This document shows positions 1 to 8,703 of a DNA stretch of 39,508 nucleotides, piece after piece. How positions within the stretch are numbered: the first letter of the stretch is position 1; each line of letters starts with the position of its first letter. The position numbers and the translations under genes are program-made. Where the stretch lies: IMG/VR virus record IMGVR_UViG_3300038808_000067, positions 1-39,508 of that record; one strand, given 5' to 3'. The stretch is from a virus. Its lineage: Duplodnaviria > Caudoviricetes. Under the pieces are notes generated by a model, which was not told the DNA's origin, made no database searches, and saw nothing but the letters and a program-made list of their open reading frames with translations.

Positions 1-351
1 ATGAACAGAGATAACTGGACGCCGGAGCGCCTGACGCCGCGCGACGTAGTGGTGGATCGCGATATCACCATCACAGCCGATTGTTCGGGCTGTCGCTACC
101 TCGTTGAGGTGAATGTCTGGAAGATTGGCGCGAGGCTTGCCGACGATCCATTCCAAATCATGCGTTTTCGGTGCCGCCGCTGCGGGGCTTACGCCACCTC
201 TCTGACCATCGGCCGACGCAACATGGCTCAGGACGAAAAGCTGCTGACCATCCCGCTCAAGCCCCGATGTTGGGACGAAGCGAATGAGGAAAAGCAACAG
301 GCAGCGATAAGGCGTGTAGGTAGCCACCAACCGCCTGGCCGCCGATCCTGA
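1..351 (+). CDS. Hypothetical Zn-ribbon protein
   Basis: 116 aa with CSGC and CRRC pairs. Confidence 0.65.
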   Translation: MNRDNWTPERLTPRDVVVDRDITITADCSGCRYLVEVNVWKIGARLADDPFQIMRFRCRRCGAYATSLTIGRRNMAQDEKLLTIPLKPRCWDEANEEKQQAAIRRVGSHQPPGRRS

Positions 352-407
352 TCGACACTTTAGCCCGTATGCGCATATGTCGCTGTTGCGCAAACGGGGC
401 CTTTCAA

Positions 408-1364
408 ATGAGTAGATGGTGTCAGAGGCAACTAGTTATCGCAGGCGCTGTAGCCGCCATATTTGCGATGATCGGATTTGGCTTGGCGGTCAATTGGACC
501 CGGGATCTTTGGGTTGAGCGCCAGGAAGTAGCTCGATCTGCACGGTTCTCATGCCCAAATGTCAGCAACGATTGCAACCAAGATAGTTTGCGCGAACAGG
601 TAAGAGCATCCAATGCAGCAGAGGCGAGCGTCGATATAGCGCTATTGCAATTTATCATCAGCGCCCTTGGCTTGATTGCAGTTTGCATCACGCTCGTCCT
701 CAACGGGAGAGCTGTGATAGCGGCCTCACAGCAAGTTGTGGTAGCTGAGAAAGCAGCATCAGATGCATTGCTTGCAGCTCGCGAAGCAAACGCCATCTCA
801 AGAAGCTCTTTACAAGCCCCCTACAAGCCGCGACTGGATATATTGCCAAGCGGACCCGTGGCGTCGAGCCAAGACATTCGAGATCACAACCCAGCTGCAC
901 CAATGACGATTATGGTCCGCGTGCTGCTCAAAGTTCTAAACCATGGACCTGGAGCCGCCATAGTCCGGACGTGCTGGTGCGCGTGTGAGGGTCGACACTT
1001 TCTGAATGAGCAGATCATGGGGTGGAAACTCCCGGCCGACGAAGAGAGCATTCTGGCTCCGCCGTGGAAGAGAAACATGGACGTCAGAGCCCGTGACGAG
1101 CCCCACCCGGCGTCGGTATCTGTAGGATATGTCCAAGCGCAGAGTACCCTTGCGGGGACGCCAATTCCCCCTTTCGTGACCGTAATATTCTACGAAGACA
1201 TGATCGGAAACGAATGGGTCGCCAGCTTCGGATTTGAAGGCACTAGCTTGCGAAATCCGGATTTCCGCCGATGGGGTGGCGACAAATACAATTTTCACGG
1301 GCGCTTGGACGATCCCACCACGCCTATCGGAAATCTGAACGGACCCATCAGGTTCAATCCGTAG
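408..1364 (+). CDS. Accessory (moron-like) membrane protein, two TM helices plus soluble C-terminal domain
   Basis: Hydrophobic segments LVIAGAVAAIFAMIGFGLAV and IALLQFIISALGLIAVCITLVL; visibly more AT-rich than the phage core; convergent with the lysis operon; start may be 369. Confidence 0.7.
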   Translation: MSRWCQRQLVIAGAVAAIFAMIGFGLAVNWTRDLWVERQEVARSARFSCPNVSNDCNQDSLREQVRASNAAEASVDIALLQFIISALGLIAVCITLVLNGRAVIAASQQVVVAEKAASDALLAAREANAISRSSLQAPYKPRLDILPSGPVASSQDIRDHNPAAPMTIMVRVLLKVLNHGPGAAIVRTCWCACEGRHFLNEQIMGWKLPADEESILAPPWKRNMDVRARDEPHPASVSVGYVQAQSTLAGTPIPPFVTVIFYEDMIGNEWVASFGFEGTSLRNPDFRRWGGDKYNFHGRLDDPTTPIGNLNGPIRFNP

Positions 1365-1689
1365 TACACGCCTCCCCTGTATGAAACTGGATCAGTCGGC
1401 TGAGCTGATCGAACAGGTCGCCGCGGCTCTTGGCCAGGCGGCGGATGCCGGCGCGCCAGTCGGCCGGGATCGAGGCGCCGCCGGCGGTCGCCCCGGCGCC
1501 AGTGGGAAGCCCCGACACGGCGGCGGGACAGCGCAGCAGCTCGGCCGGCGGCGTCTCGCGCACCGTGCGCACCACGACCTCGGGCGGCGGCGCGACGGCG
1601 CGCGGCCCCCGCAAGCTACTGCAGGCCGGCAAGGTCGTTGACAGCAGCAGCCCAATCGCCGCCGACACGATCATCTTTGACTGCCGCAT
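1354..1689 (-). CDS. Outer-membrane spanin (Rz1-like lipoprotein)
   Basis: GGAGG RBS, signal peptide with lipobox LPAC, Pro-rich mature part, overlaps the 3' end of Rz in another frame. Confidence 0.8.
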   Translation of the reverse strand: MRQSKMIVSAAIGLLLSTTLPACSSLRGPRAVAPPPEVVVRTVRETPPAELLRCPAAVSGLPTGAGATAGGASIPADWRAGIRRLAKSRGDLFDQLSRLIQFHTGEACTTD

Positions 1690-2068
1690 CGGCCGCCTCC
1701 ATTCGGGTGAGGGCGTTGGCCGCCCGTTTGAGATAGACGGCCGCCAGGGCCGCATCCGCCGCTTGCTTGCCTTCGCGACGTTCCATGTCGGCGTAGGCGG
1801 CTTCCAGCGAACCGACCTGGACATCGTTTCGGTATCTGACCAGGGCGGCGACCCGGCCGTTGCACCGCTTGCCCCATTCCTTTTGCTTGGAGCCTTCGGG
1901 CTGGAACGGCTCGCCGGCCGAGGCGCAGATTTCCCGCGCCTGGGTCAGCAGCAGGGCGCGATCATCCTTGGCCTTCTCCATCCAGAAATAGACGGACGCC
2001 GCCCCCGCCAGCACCACCAGCAGGGTCAGGAACTTGCGATAGGTCTGGAACAGGGCGAGCGGGTTCAT
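1616..2068 (-). CDS. Inner-membrane spanin (Rz-like)
   Basis: N-terminal TM helix (FLTLLVVLAGAASVYFW) then helical Ala-rich periplasmic region; downstream of endolysin; TGATG coupling. Confidence 0.8.
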   Translation of the reverse strand: MNPLALFQTYRKFLTLLVVLAGAASVYFWMEKAKDDRALLLTQAREICASAGEPFQPEGSKQKEWGKRCNGRVAALVRYRNDVQVGSLEAAYADMERREGKQAADAALAAVYLKRAANALTRMEAADAAVKDDRVGGDWAAAVNDLAGLQ

Positions 2069-2523
2069 CAGGTCGCTCCGGCGTCGGACGCCGCCATGAG
2101 GCGCTGGCCCTTGAACAGATCCCAGACTTCGCCACCCGTGGCTTCCGCCCAAGCGCTCGCATCAACTTGAGAGCTGAACCATGCTCGACAAGGCGTCACA
2201 GTGGACTGCCCAGGCATGACCGGCACTCCATATCGCGCGCCTTCGCTGTCCTGAGACGGGTCCGTGCACCCAGCGCGCGCCTCGCCCAAGGCGTCCAATT
2301 TCGCCTCGGCGTCCCGCGCCCGTTGAAGGTAGCGGTTGTTCGCTTCCAGCAGATCAGCCTCGCGGCGGCGCGCCTGATGCTCCAGCTCGCTCACTTGGTT
2401 TGACAGATCGACAATCTTTTGAGCGGCGCGATCAGCCGTTTCGAGATCAATCTCGATGGTGTCGAGATCTTGTCCGCGCGCCTTCGCCGCCCAGGAATGA
2501 AGATCGTTGTGAACGCTGCCCAT
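2068..2523 (-). CDS. Hypothetical coiled-coil protein inside lysis cassette
   Basis: TGATG overlaps at both ends; heptad-like region LSNQVSELEHQARRREADLLEANNRYLQRARDAE. Confidence 0.65.
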   Translation of the reverse strand: MGSVHNDLHSWAAKARGQDLDTIEIDLETADRAAQKIVDLSNQVSELEHQARRREADLLEANNRYLQRARDAEAKLDALGEARAGCTDPSQDSEGARYGVPVMPGQSTVTPCRAWFSSQVDASAWAEATGGEVWDLFKGQRLMAASDAGAT

Positions 2524-2981
2524 CACCCGATCCCCGGCGAATACTTCGTCTTGCCGCCCACCTTGCGCGCGGTCAGCAGTTGCTTGCGCTTGCCGGGGCC
2601 GAAGCCGATGTGGACCCACTGGTCGAACTCTTCGATGATCTGGTCGAAGTCCTTGAGGTTCTTGGCCAGGAAGGCGGCCACCTGGGCGGGCGTGCCGAAC
2701 GACGGGCAGATGAAGTCCACGGCATGGCCGGTGCGGTGCGCGCTGGTCTTCGATCCGCCCACGGCCGTGTTGACGGCGGGGCTGCGATAGCCGGACAGGA
2801 CGCTGATCGGTCGGTCGCCCAGCAGGGTCCGCACATGCTCCATGCGGTCTGCCGTCAGGATCAGCTGATCGACGATGTGCGGCGGCGCGACGTTGGCGAT
2901 GCCCTTGCGGGCCGCCGTGGCGGAATGGGTCAGCTCGGCGAGCGAGAAATGCGCCGACAGGCGCTGGGTCGGATTGGCCAT
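2523..2981 (-). CDS. Endolysin, Zn peptidase M15 family
   Basis: HFSLAEL, SGYRSPAVN, SAHRTGHAVDF and WVHIGF motifs typical of Peptidase_M15_3. Confidence 0.92.
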   Translation of the reverse strand: MANPTQRLSAHFSLAELTHSATAARKGIANVAPPHIVDQLILTADRMEHVRTLLGDRPISVLSGYRSPAVNTAVGGSKTSAHRTGHAVDFICPSFGTPAQVAAFLAKNLKDFDQIIEEFDQWVHIGFGPGKRKQLLTARKVGGKTKYSPGIG

Positions 2982-2982
2982 G

Positions 2983-3276
2983 TCAGTCGTGCTCCCAAGG
3001 GGCAGGGAACCGCAGGTCAACGCGGTTCTTCTGAGTGTCGATTTGCCGGTTGGCGTAGTGTGTGACGGTCAGGTCGAGGCGACCCGTGACGAGCAGACGC
3101 AGGCGGTCCAGCACAGTGAAACGCAGGCCGATACGGGTCTGCGCCCAGCCGGGCAGGGCGTCGATGTCGGACGGCTCCAAGCCCTGCCGGTATTTGAAGC
3201 CAAGCGCGCGCGCGACGCGCTGCGTGAGGGTGGGACGGTAATAGAACGCGCCATCTGTCGCTGTTGCCGACTTCAT
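2983..3276 (-). CDS. Hypothetical protein between holin and endolysin
   Basis: 97 aa ORF that fills the gap and is coupled to the holin stop. Confidence 0.6.
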   Translation of the reverse strand: MKSATATDGAFYYRPTLTQRVARALGFKYRQGLEPSDIDALPGWAQTRIGLRFTVLDRLRLLVTGRLDLTVTHYANRQIDTQKNRVDLRFPAPWEHD

Positions 3277-3665
3277 CAGCCTTCTCCTTCAGTGTTCGGG
3301 GGAACCGGCGTGGAGCCGCGACGCGGAACCCAGCTGCCGAGATTGGTGAAGGCCGCCTTCAGCCCGCCGGCCGCGCCGACGATGAAGGCCTCGCGCAGGG
3401 GCTTGTAGGCCTTGAAGGCCAGCGTCCCGACGACGAAGCCGACGGCGTTGATCAGCGGCACGGGCCAGCCGAACACATGGCCGGCGGCCGGGACCAGGAA
3501 GGCGGCGAACGTCACGCCCACGGTCCATTGCGCCAGGCGGTCGCGCCAGCCCAGGCCGGGCTCCCACATCTGCCCGATGGCCGCGCCGACCGCGCCCGGC
3601 ACGAACGGTTCGAGCCAGTGGCGCAGGTCGCCGAAAATCTCGATCAGGGCGGGCTTCCAGTGCAT
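3276..3665 (-). CDS. Putative holin
   Basis: 129 aa with 2-3 hydrophobic helices, heading the lysis cassette. Confidence 0.7.
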   Translation of the reverse strand: MHWKPALIEIFGDLRHWLEPFVPGAVGAAIGQMWEPGLGWRDRLAQWTVGVTFAAFLVPAAGHVFGWPVPLINAVGFVVGTLAFKAYKPLREAFIVGAAGGLKAAFTNLGSWVPRRGSTPVPPNTEGEG

Positions 3666-3670
3666 CAGGC

Positions 3671-4036
3671 CTAGTCCGACAGGGCGGGGCGGGCGGCGTT
3701 GACCAGCGAGTGCGCCAAGGCGTCGCGGAACTTCGCCTCGGCCGGGCGGTCCTCGTAGACCGGCAGGGGCATGGTCAGGGCCTCGGCGTCCTTGGGGCCG
3801 TCGGTCCAGCCCTCGGCCAGACGCGCCGCGCGCCAGTCGTCATACAGGGCGGACGGCCCGGCCTCGGGGTGGGCGAGGAAGTAGTCGACGCGATTGATCG
3901 CCTCGGCGCGGTGAAAACCCAGGCGCTGGGGATCGGTCTCGATCTCGTCCCAGCTGGGCGGCGCGGCCTCGCCCAACGCCAGGCTGCGGCTACGCTCGGC
4001 CTCATAGACGATGCGGAAGATGTCGGTTCGCAGCAT
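3671..4036 (-). CDS. Divergent RyR-domain-like phage protein
   Basis: PSWDE...HPEAGPSALYDDW...RLAEGWTDGPKDAE...PVYEDRP...KFRDAL resembles the phage RyR-repeat family pattern. Confidence 0.6.
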   Translation of the reverse strand: MLRTDIFRIVYEAERSRSLALGEAAPPSWDEIETDPQRLGFHRAEAINRVDYFLAHPEAGPSALYDDWRAARLAEGWTDGPKDAEALTMPLPVYEDRPAEAKFRDALAHSLVNAARPALSD

Positions 4037-4039
4037 GGT

Positions 4040-6028
4040 TCAGCCTATCGGGGTCGGGATGATCTTGGGGGCGGTCGCATAGCTGATGCTGGCGGTGCGG
4101 CCGGCGGGCAGCAGGAAGCTGCAGGGCGTCTGATTGGACACGGCGACGCCGTCGATGCTGACCACCACGCCCGCGCCGTCATAGATGTTGACCAGCTCAG
4201 GGCGGCTTCCGGCCGTGCGGACGTGCGGGCTGGCGCTGGGCGTGATGACGGAGGGTCCGCCGCCGAGCGCGCCCAGGCATCCCTGCACCTCGACGGCGCC
4301 CAGGATGCCGTTCGCGGCGTTGAAATGGTTGTCCCGGAAATCGACGCCGAAGGCGCGCACGTCCTGGGCGTCGGTGTTGATCACGCCCCAGCCCTGTTGT
4401 TCGACATAGGCGTCATCGGCCCGCTTGCCGTATCGGCCGCCGAACAGGGTGATGTCCTGCGCCCCGCCGCGCATGCGGATGCCGCCATAGGCGTCGACGC
4501 CCGCCCCGCCGTTGCGCCAGGCGTTGAAGCCATAGATCTGCACCTTGCGCGCGCCGTTGATGTCCAGCCCGTCGGTCCAGCAGGACCGGACGCCCCCGCC
4601 GAACAGGTTCACGTCGCGCGCGTCGGGGCCGATCACGCCGCCCGCGCCGGAAACGCAGCTGGCCAGGAAGGTGGCGAACAGCCGGGCCTCGTTGACCGCC
4701 TGAAGGTTCAGACCCGGAAGCCAGGTGTTTTCGGTTTCCAGCGAGACGCCGTGCAGGAACGACGGCTTGTAGTGCTGGGGCAGGCCGAAGCTGTCGCGCG
4801 TCAGCAGGCCGCTGTTGCTGCTCAGCAGACGCAGCGTCGTCCAGGTGGTGGTGTGGACCCGGCCGTCCAGGACCACCAGATCGCCGTTAGGGGCGGTGAC
4901 GCCCGGTTCATAGCAGGCGCTCATGGTCAGGGCGCCGAAGTCCACAACGTCGATCCGGTCCAGCACGCCGTTGCGGATGGCGTTCGACCCCTCGGCCAGG
5001 AAGCCCTGCGCGCCGCGCAGCTTGTCCACCTTGCAGCCCCGGAAGGTGATCTCGCCCGTCTGGCGCACCCGCATGAAGTTCCATAGGTCCGACCAGATCA
5101 CGTCGGTGAACAGGGCTTCCTGGCAGAAATCGACGTTGATCAGACGGCCGCCGGTCAAGCCCAGGCCGTTGAACATCATGTTGCGCAGGCCCGCCGAGGC
5201 GACCCGTCCCGTGGCCTGCGTACCTCGGAAGTTGAAGAAACCGTCCGCCGCGCCGCGCGGGGTAATGACGAAGTCGCGCGGCGACCCCTTGCCGAAGAAG
5301 ACGACGGGCCGGGTGATGTCCGGCAGGGGCTGGTCCATGCGCAGGACGCCGCGTCCGGTGATGCCGACTGGATGATCGGTGACGTAGCTGTCGGTCAGGG
5401 CCGCCAGCAGGGCGGCGTCGTCGCTGTCCATATTGTTGCCGCGTGCGCCATGCTCGGCGTTCAGGTCGACCTCGGCCCCCAGCTTCAGTCCCAACACGGT
5501 CTCGGCGTATCCGCCCCGCACCGCCGCGCGGACCAGGCCCGCCATCGTCGGCGTCGCCAGATCCTCGGGCCGCATGCCGACCGCCGCGCCCGCCGATCCG
5601 TCCTCGCGGATGACCAGCAGCCGTTCGCCGTCCCCGGGCAACCAAGGCAGTTCGCCGGAACCTTGACCGACAGGCAGAAGAAACGCCCGATCCACGCGCT
5701 CCGCCAGTTCCTGGTCCACGCGCGCGCGCTCGCTCAGCGCATCCTCGACCGACTGGGGACGCATGGTGGGCTGTGTGGGGAAGCTCTTGCCCTGCCCGAT
5801 AGGCGTCCGGCGCCGCAGACTTATCCGCGCGCCGACCCCCGGCGCTATCACAAACGCGACCTGACCTGAGGCGATGACGTAGTCGATGCTCAGCCCCTTG
5901 GCCACGCCATCGATCGCAACGACCAAAGTGGCGGTGTCCGGCAAATCGAACCCGATCACAAATGACTTTGAAACCCCGTCGCCCACATGGCTGGTGGCGG
6001 GAACCTGAACCGGAACCGGAACCGTCAT
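4040..6028 (-). CDS. Tail fiber/tailspike: T7-type N-terminal anchor plus pectin-lyase-like beta-helix
   Basis: N-terminal GDGVSKSF...LRRRTP...EDAL anchor; HGARGNNMDSDDAALLAAL beta-helix start; last gene of the tail module. Confidence 0.85.
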   Translation of the reverse strand: MTVPVPVQVPATSHVGDGVSKSFVIGFDLPDTATLVVAIDGVAKGLSIDYVIASGQVAFVIAPGVGARISLRRRTPIGQGKSFPTQPTMRPQSVEDALSERARVDQELAERVDRAFLLPVGQGSGELPWLPGDGERLLVIREDGSAGAAVGMRPEDLATPTMAGLVRAAVRGGYAETVLGLKLGAEVDLNAEHGARGNNMDSDDAALLAALTDSYVTDHPVGITGRGVLRMDQPLPDITRPVVFFGKGSPRDFVITPRGAADGFFNFRGTQATGRVASAGLRNMMFNGLGLTGGRLINVDFCQEALFTDVIWSDLWNFMRVRQTGEITFRGCKVDKLRGAQGFLAEGSNAIRNGVLDRIDVVDFGALTMSACYEPGVTAPNGDLVVLDGRVHTTTWTTLRLLSSNSGLLTRDSFGLPQHYKPSFLHGVSLETENTWLPGLNLQAVNEARLFATFLASCVSGAGGVIGPDARDVNLFGGGVRSCWTDGLDINGARKVQIYGFNAWRNGGAGVDAYGGIRMRGGAQDITLFGGRYGKRADDAYVEQQGWGVINTDAQDVRAFGVDFRDNHFNAANGILGAVEVQGCLGALGGGPSVITPSASPHVRTAGSRPELVNIYDGAGVVVSIDGVAVSNQTPCSFLLPAGRTASISYATAPKIIPTPIG

Positions 6029-8703
6029 CGCACCGCCTCGCTCGGCTTGACGATGAACTTTGCGCCGGTTTCCTCCTCAACGCGGCGCTCATACCGCTCG
6101 GCCCAACCGGGGCTGATCGCCTCGTTAATCTGCCACAACAGGGCCGCGTCCAAGGCGGTCCGCGTGTACCAGAGGTTCACGAAGGGCGTATTGCCCGTCA
6201 CGAACCGCACAGTGTCCACACCGGCGTCGCCGAAGCTCTCGGCGCGCTCCTCTGAGGTCTTCGACGGATCCAGACCGCCGCGCAGATGGCCCATAAGCTT
6301 CAGCAGCTTTTCGGCCTCGCCCACGGCGGGGCCGCCTATGGTGGCGATGGGCGAACCGCCGAACCGGTTATACTCGCCGAACAGGAAGTCGCCGTAGATC
6401 CCCAGTCCGCCGCCCTGGAGCATGGCTGCGAGGAAGGTCGAGTATCGCGGCTTGCCGTCGTCGTCGAATAGCGGACGGGGTTCTCGCCCCTTCGCCAGCT
6501 GTTTGGCCTGCATCGACACATAGCCCAGCATCGTGGTGGACAGGATCAGATGCGCCATCAGGAAGGCCGGGGCTTTGCCCGCGTAACCCTTTCGTGCCGG
6601 ATCGACGTGCCGCCCCATGAACGAGATCGGGAAAGCCCAGAACTGTGTGAACAGGCGTACGGCCTCGCCCAGGATCGTCCCCGGACGCGTCCCTAAGGTC
6701 AGGGCGCTGCGCTCCTTGACCCGGCTTTCCGACAGAGCCGTATCCAGCACGTCCGTGATCATCGCCCGCAGCCGCAGTCCGAGATCCTCACGCGCCCGCA
6801 CGGCTGCCCTAGCCGTCGCGGCCTTGCCCTTGAGACCGGCCCAGGCATGCAGATCCGCGTCGCTGGCCCGATCCAGGGCGTCGAACGTAAGATAGGACCG
6901 GCCGTCCTCGGCCGGCTCGACGCCCTTGCGGATCGCCTCCCAGGCCTTTTCGTCCAGGCCGTATCTTTCGAGCGTCTCCCGCGTGCCGGGCTTCAGCGCC
7001 GACCACCCGCGCGACGCCTCCCCGCCCAGGCTCGCGGACAGCATCTGCGCCGCGCCGCGCCGGATCCCGTCAGACCAGAACTCGAAGACGCTGGCCTTGT
7101 ATAACATCCGCATGGCCCAAGCGGACCAGCCTATAGGACCGTCGCCGGCGACAAATCGGCTCGACAATTCCGACGCCGCGCTACGCGCGCCCACGTCCAG
7201 CAGATCCGAGACCTCCCGCCGCGTCGCGCCGTCCAACCGGGTCAAACCCGCCATCAGGCCGGAATAGCCGTCCAGGAATTCGACGCCCGACCGGCTCAAG
7301 GTCTGAACTGCGATCGGCATGTCGGAGAAGGCCGACAGCACCATGCCGCCCAGTTTCGACAGCGACTGGTCGATGCGGATCAGGCGTCCGACCGTGGCCA
7401 GCCGCAGACTGTCGGGCGCTGTCGCCGCCCCATCCAGTTCATCGAAGCGGCGCATCACCCGTGAGGCGGTCAAGGCCTTGCCGCCGACGGCGTCATTGCG
7501 ATCACGGGCTCGACCCAGCATTCCGTTCAGATCGGCTTCGAAACTGGCGCGCGGGCTGGGACCATAGGTCCGCATCAGGGCGACGTTCGACGCTGCTCGG
7601 CCCAGCTGACCCACCACGTCGGCATAGAGGCCGCGCGAGGCCCCATAGCGGATCCGATAAGCGCGACGATCCATGGCGTCGCGGAAATGAAGAACGCGGC
7701 CAGCGGAGACGCTGCGGGCCTTTGACGCCGGAGGACGAAAATCGCCCAGGTCGTCAGCGCCCTTGAGGATAGCATGGCGTCCCGTCACAATGTCCCACCA
7801 GACTGCGGCCAAGAAGCGATCGCGGGGGCTTTCCAGACCCTCCAATCCCTTGGGCAGATCTGTCGGCGGCGGCGCTTCGATGCCGTCGAATGTCCGCTCA
7901 TCCAGGCGCTGGACGGTAAAATCTCGCCATTCGCGGAACGCCCTATCCGCCGCCGCCCGCTGCGCCTGGTCCCAGCTCCCGCCCCGGCGCAGCACGTCCA
8001 GATCGGCGATCCCCTTCCAGAAGCCGCCGGCGACTTTCAGGGCGTCATGGCTCTGACGGCCGTTGTAGCCTTCGATTCGGGCGATCCATGCTCCCTCGGC
8101 GTTCTGGTCTCGCCGCGCCTTCTCCATCACCGGGGCGATAGCCTCGGCCACCTTGACTGCCTCCGCGTCGCCCGTCGGCGCATCCTTGCCGCCGTTGACG
8201 CGGGCCAGCTCGACCTCGACCCGCGCCTCAAATTCGGCGTCGAAGAAGCCGTGCCAGGGCGCCAGCCGTTCCAGCTGCCCCGTCCCTTTCAGCGCCCGCT
8301 CAAGGTCGCCCCAGTATTCGGCCTGTTTCGCCCGCCCCTGCGCGTCGACCGATAGGGCCTGACCGAACCCCAAATCCTCGCGACCGACCGTCATGGCCGT
8401 CAGCTTGTCCACGTCTGTCCCCGGCATGGCGTCCATGATCCGGCGACGCCGCCCCTTGGCCCGTGCCGACGCCAGCCGCATCCGCCGCTCGACCAGGGTC
8501 ATCCTGGCCTCCTCGGCCACGATTTCCTCGGCCGCCGCCTTGAACGCCGCCGCATCGCTCTCGCCGGACCCGACCTTGGCGCGGCGTTGACGCGACGCCT
8601 GGACGCGGTCGATCAAGGCGTCGATCTCTTCGCCCGTCAGCACCTTTTCCAGATCGAGCTTCTTCAGGGCCGCCCGAACCGGTCCGCGACATTTCCTGGC
8701 CAT
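6025..8703 (-). CDS. Large internal virion (ejection) protein
   Basis: About 890 aa, helical, C-terminal QGGGLGIYGDFLF...TPFVNLWY region typical of podovirus ejection proteins; position before the tail fiber. Confidence 0.75.
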   Translation of the reverse strand: MARKCRGPVRAALKKLDLEKVLTGEEIDALIDRVQASRQRRAKVGSGESDAAAFKAAAEEIVAEEARMTLVERRMRLASARAKGRRRRIMDAMPGTDVDKLTAMTVGREDLGFGQALSVDAQGRAKQAEYWGDLERALKGTGQLERLAPWHGFFDAEFEARVEVELARVNGGKDAPTGDAEAVKVAEAIAPVMEKARRDQNAEGAWIARIEGYNGRQSHDALKVAGGFWKGIADLDVLRRGGSWDQAQRAAADRAFREWRDFTVQRLDERTFDGIEAPPPTDLPKGLEGLESPRDRFLAAVWWDIVTGRHAILKGADDLGDFRPPASKARSVSAGRVLHFRDAMDRRAYRIRYGASRGLYADVVGQLGRAASNVALMRTYGPSPRASFEADLNGMLGRARDRNDAVGGKALTASRVMRRFDELDGAATAPDSLRLATVGRLIRIDQSLSKLGGMVLSAFSDMPIAVQTLSRSGVEFLDGYSGLMAGLTRLDGATRREVSDLLDVGARSAASELSSRFVAGDGPIGWSAWAMRMLYKASVFEFWSDGIRRGAAQMLSASLGGEASRGWSALKPGTRETLERYGLDEKAWEAIRKGVEPAEDGRSYLTFDALDRASDADLHAWAGLKGKAATARAAVRAREDLGLRLRAMITDVLDTALSESRVKERSALTLGTRPGTILGEAVRLFTQFWAFPISFMGRHVDPARKGYAGKAPAFLMAHLILSTTMLGYVSMQAKQLAKGREPRPLFDDDGKPRYSTFLAAMLQGGGLGIYGDFLFGEYNRFGGSPIATIGGPAVGEAEKLLKLMGHLRGGLDPSKTSEERAESFGDAGVDTVRFVTGNTPFVNLWYTRTALDAALLWQINEAISPGWAERYERRVEEETGAKFIVKPSEAVR
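7909..7923 (-). promoter_or_regulatory. Late-promoter-like motif copy (intragenic)
   Basis: CTGGACGGTAAAATC, identical to 24113-24127. Confidence 0.35.

Noticed and set aside
6000-6024. GGAACC hexamer repeats resembling the origin iterons
   Set aside because: They encode the VPVPVQVP start of the tail fiber; 6-bp period and no inverted partner
4040-6028. Diversity-generating retroelement as in BPP-1
   Set aside because: No reverse transcriptase and no template/variable repeat pair seen in the window
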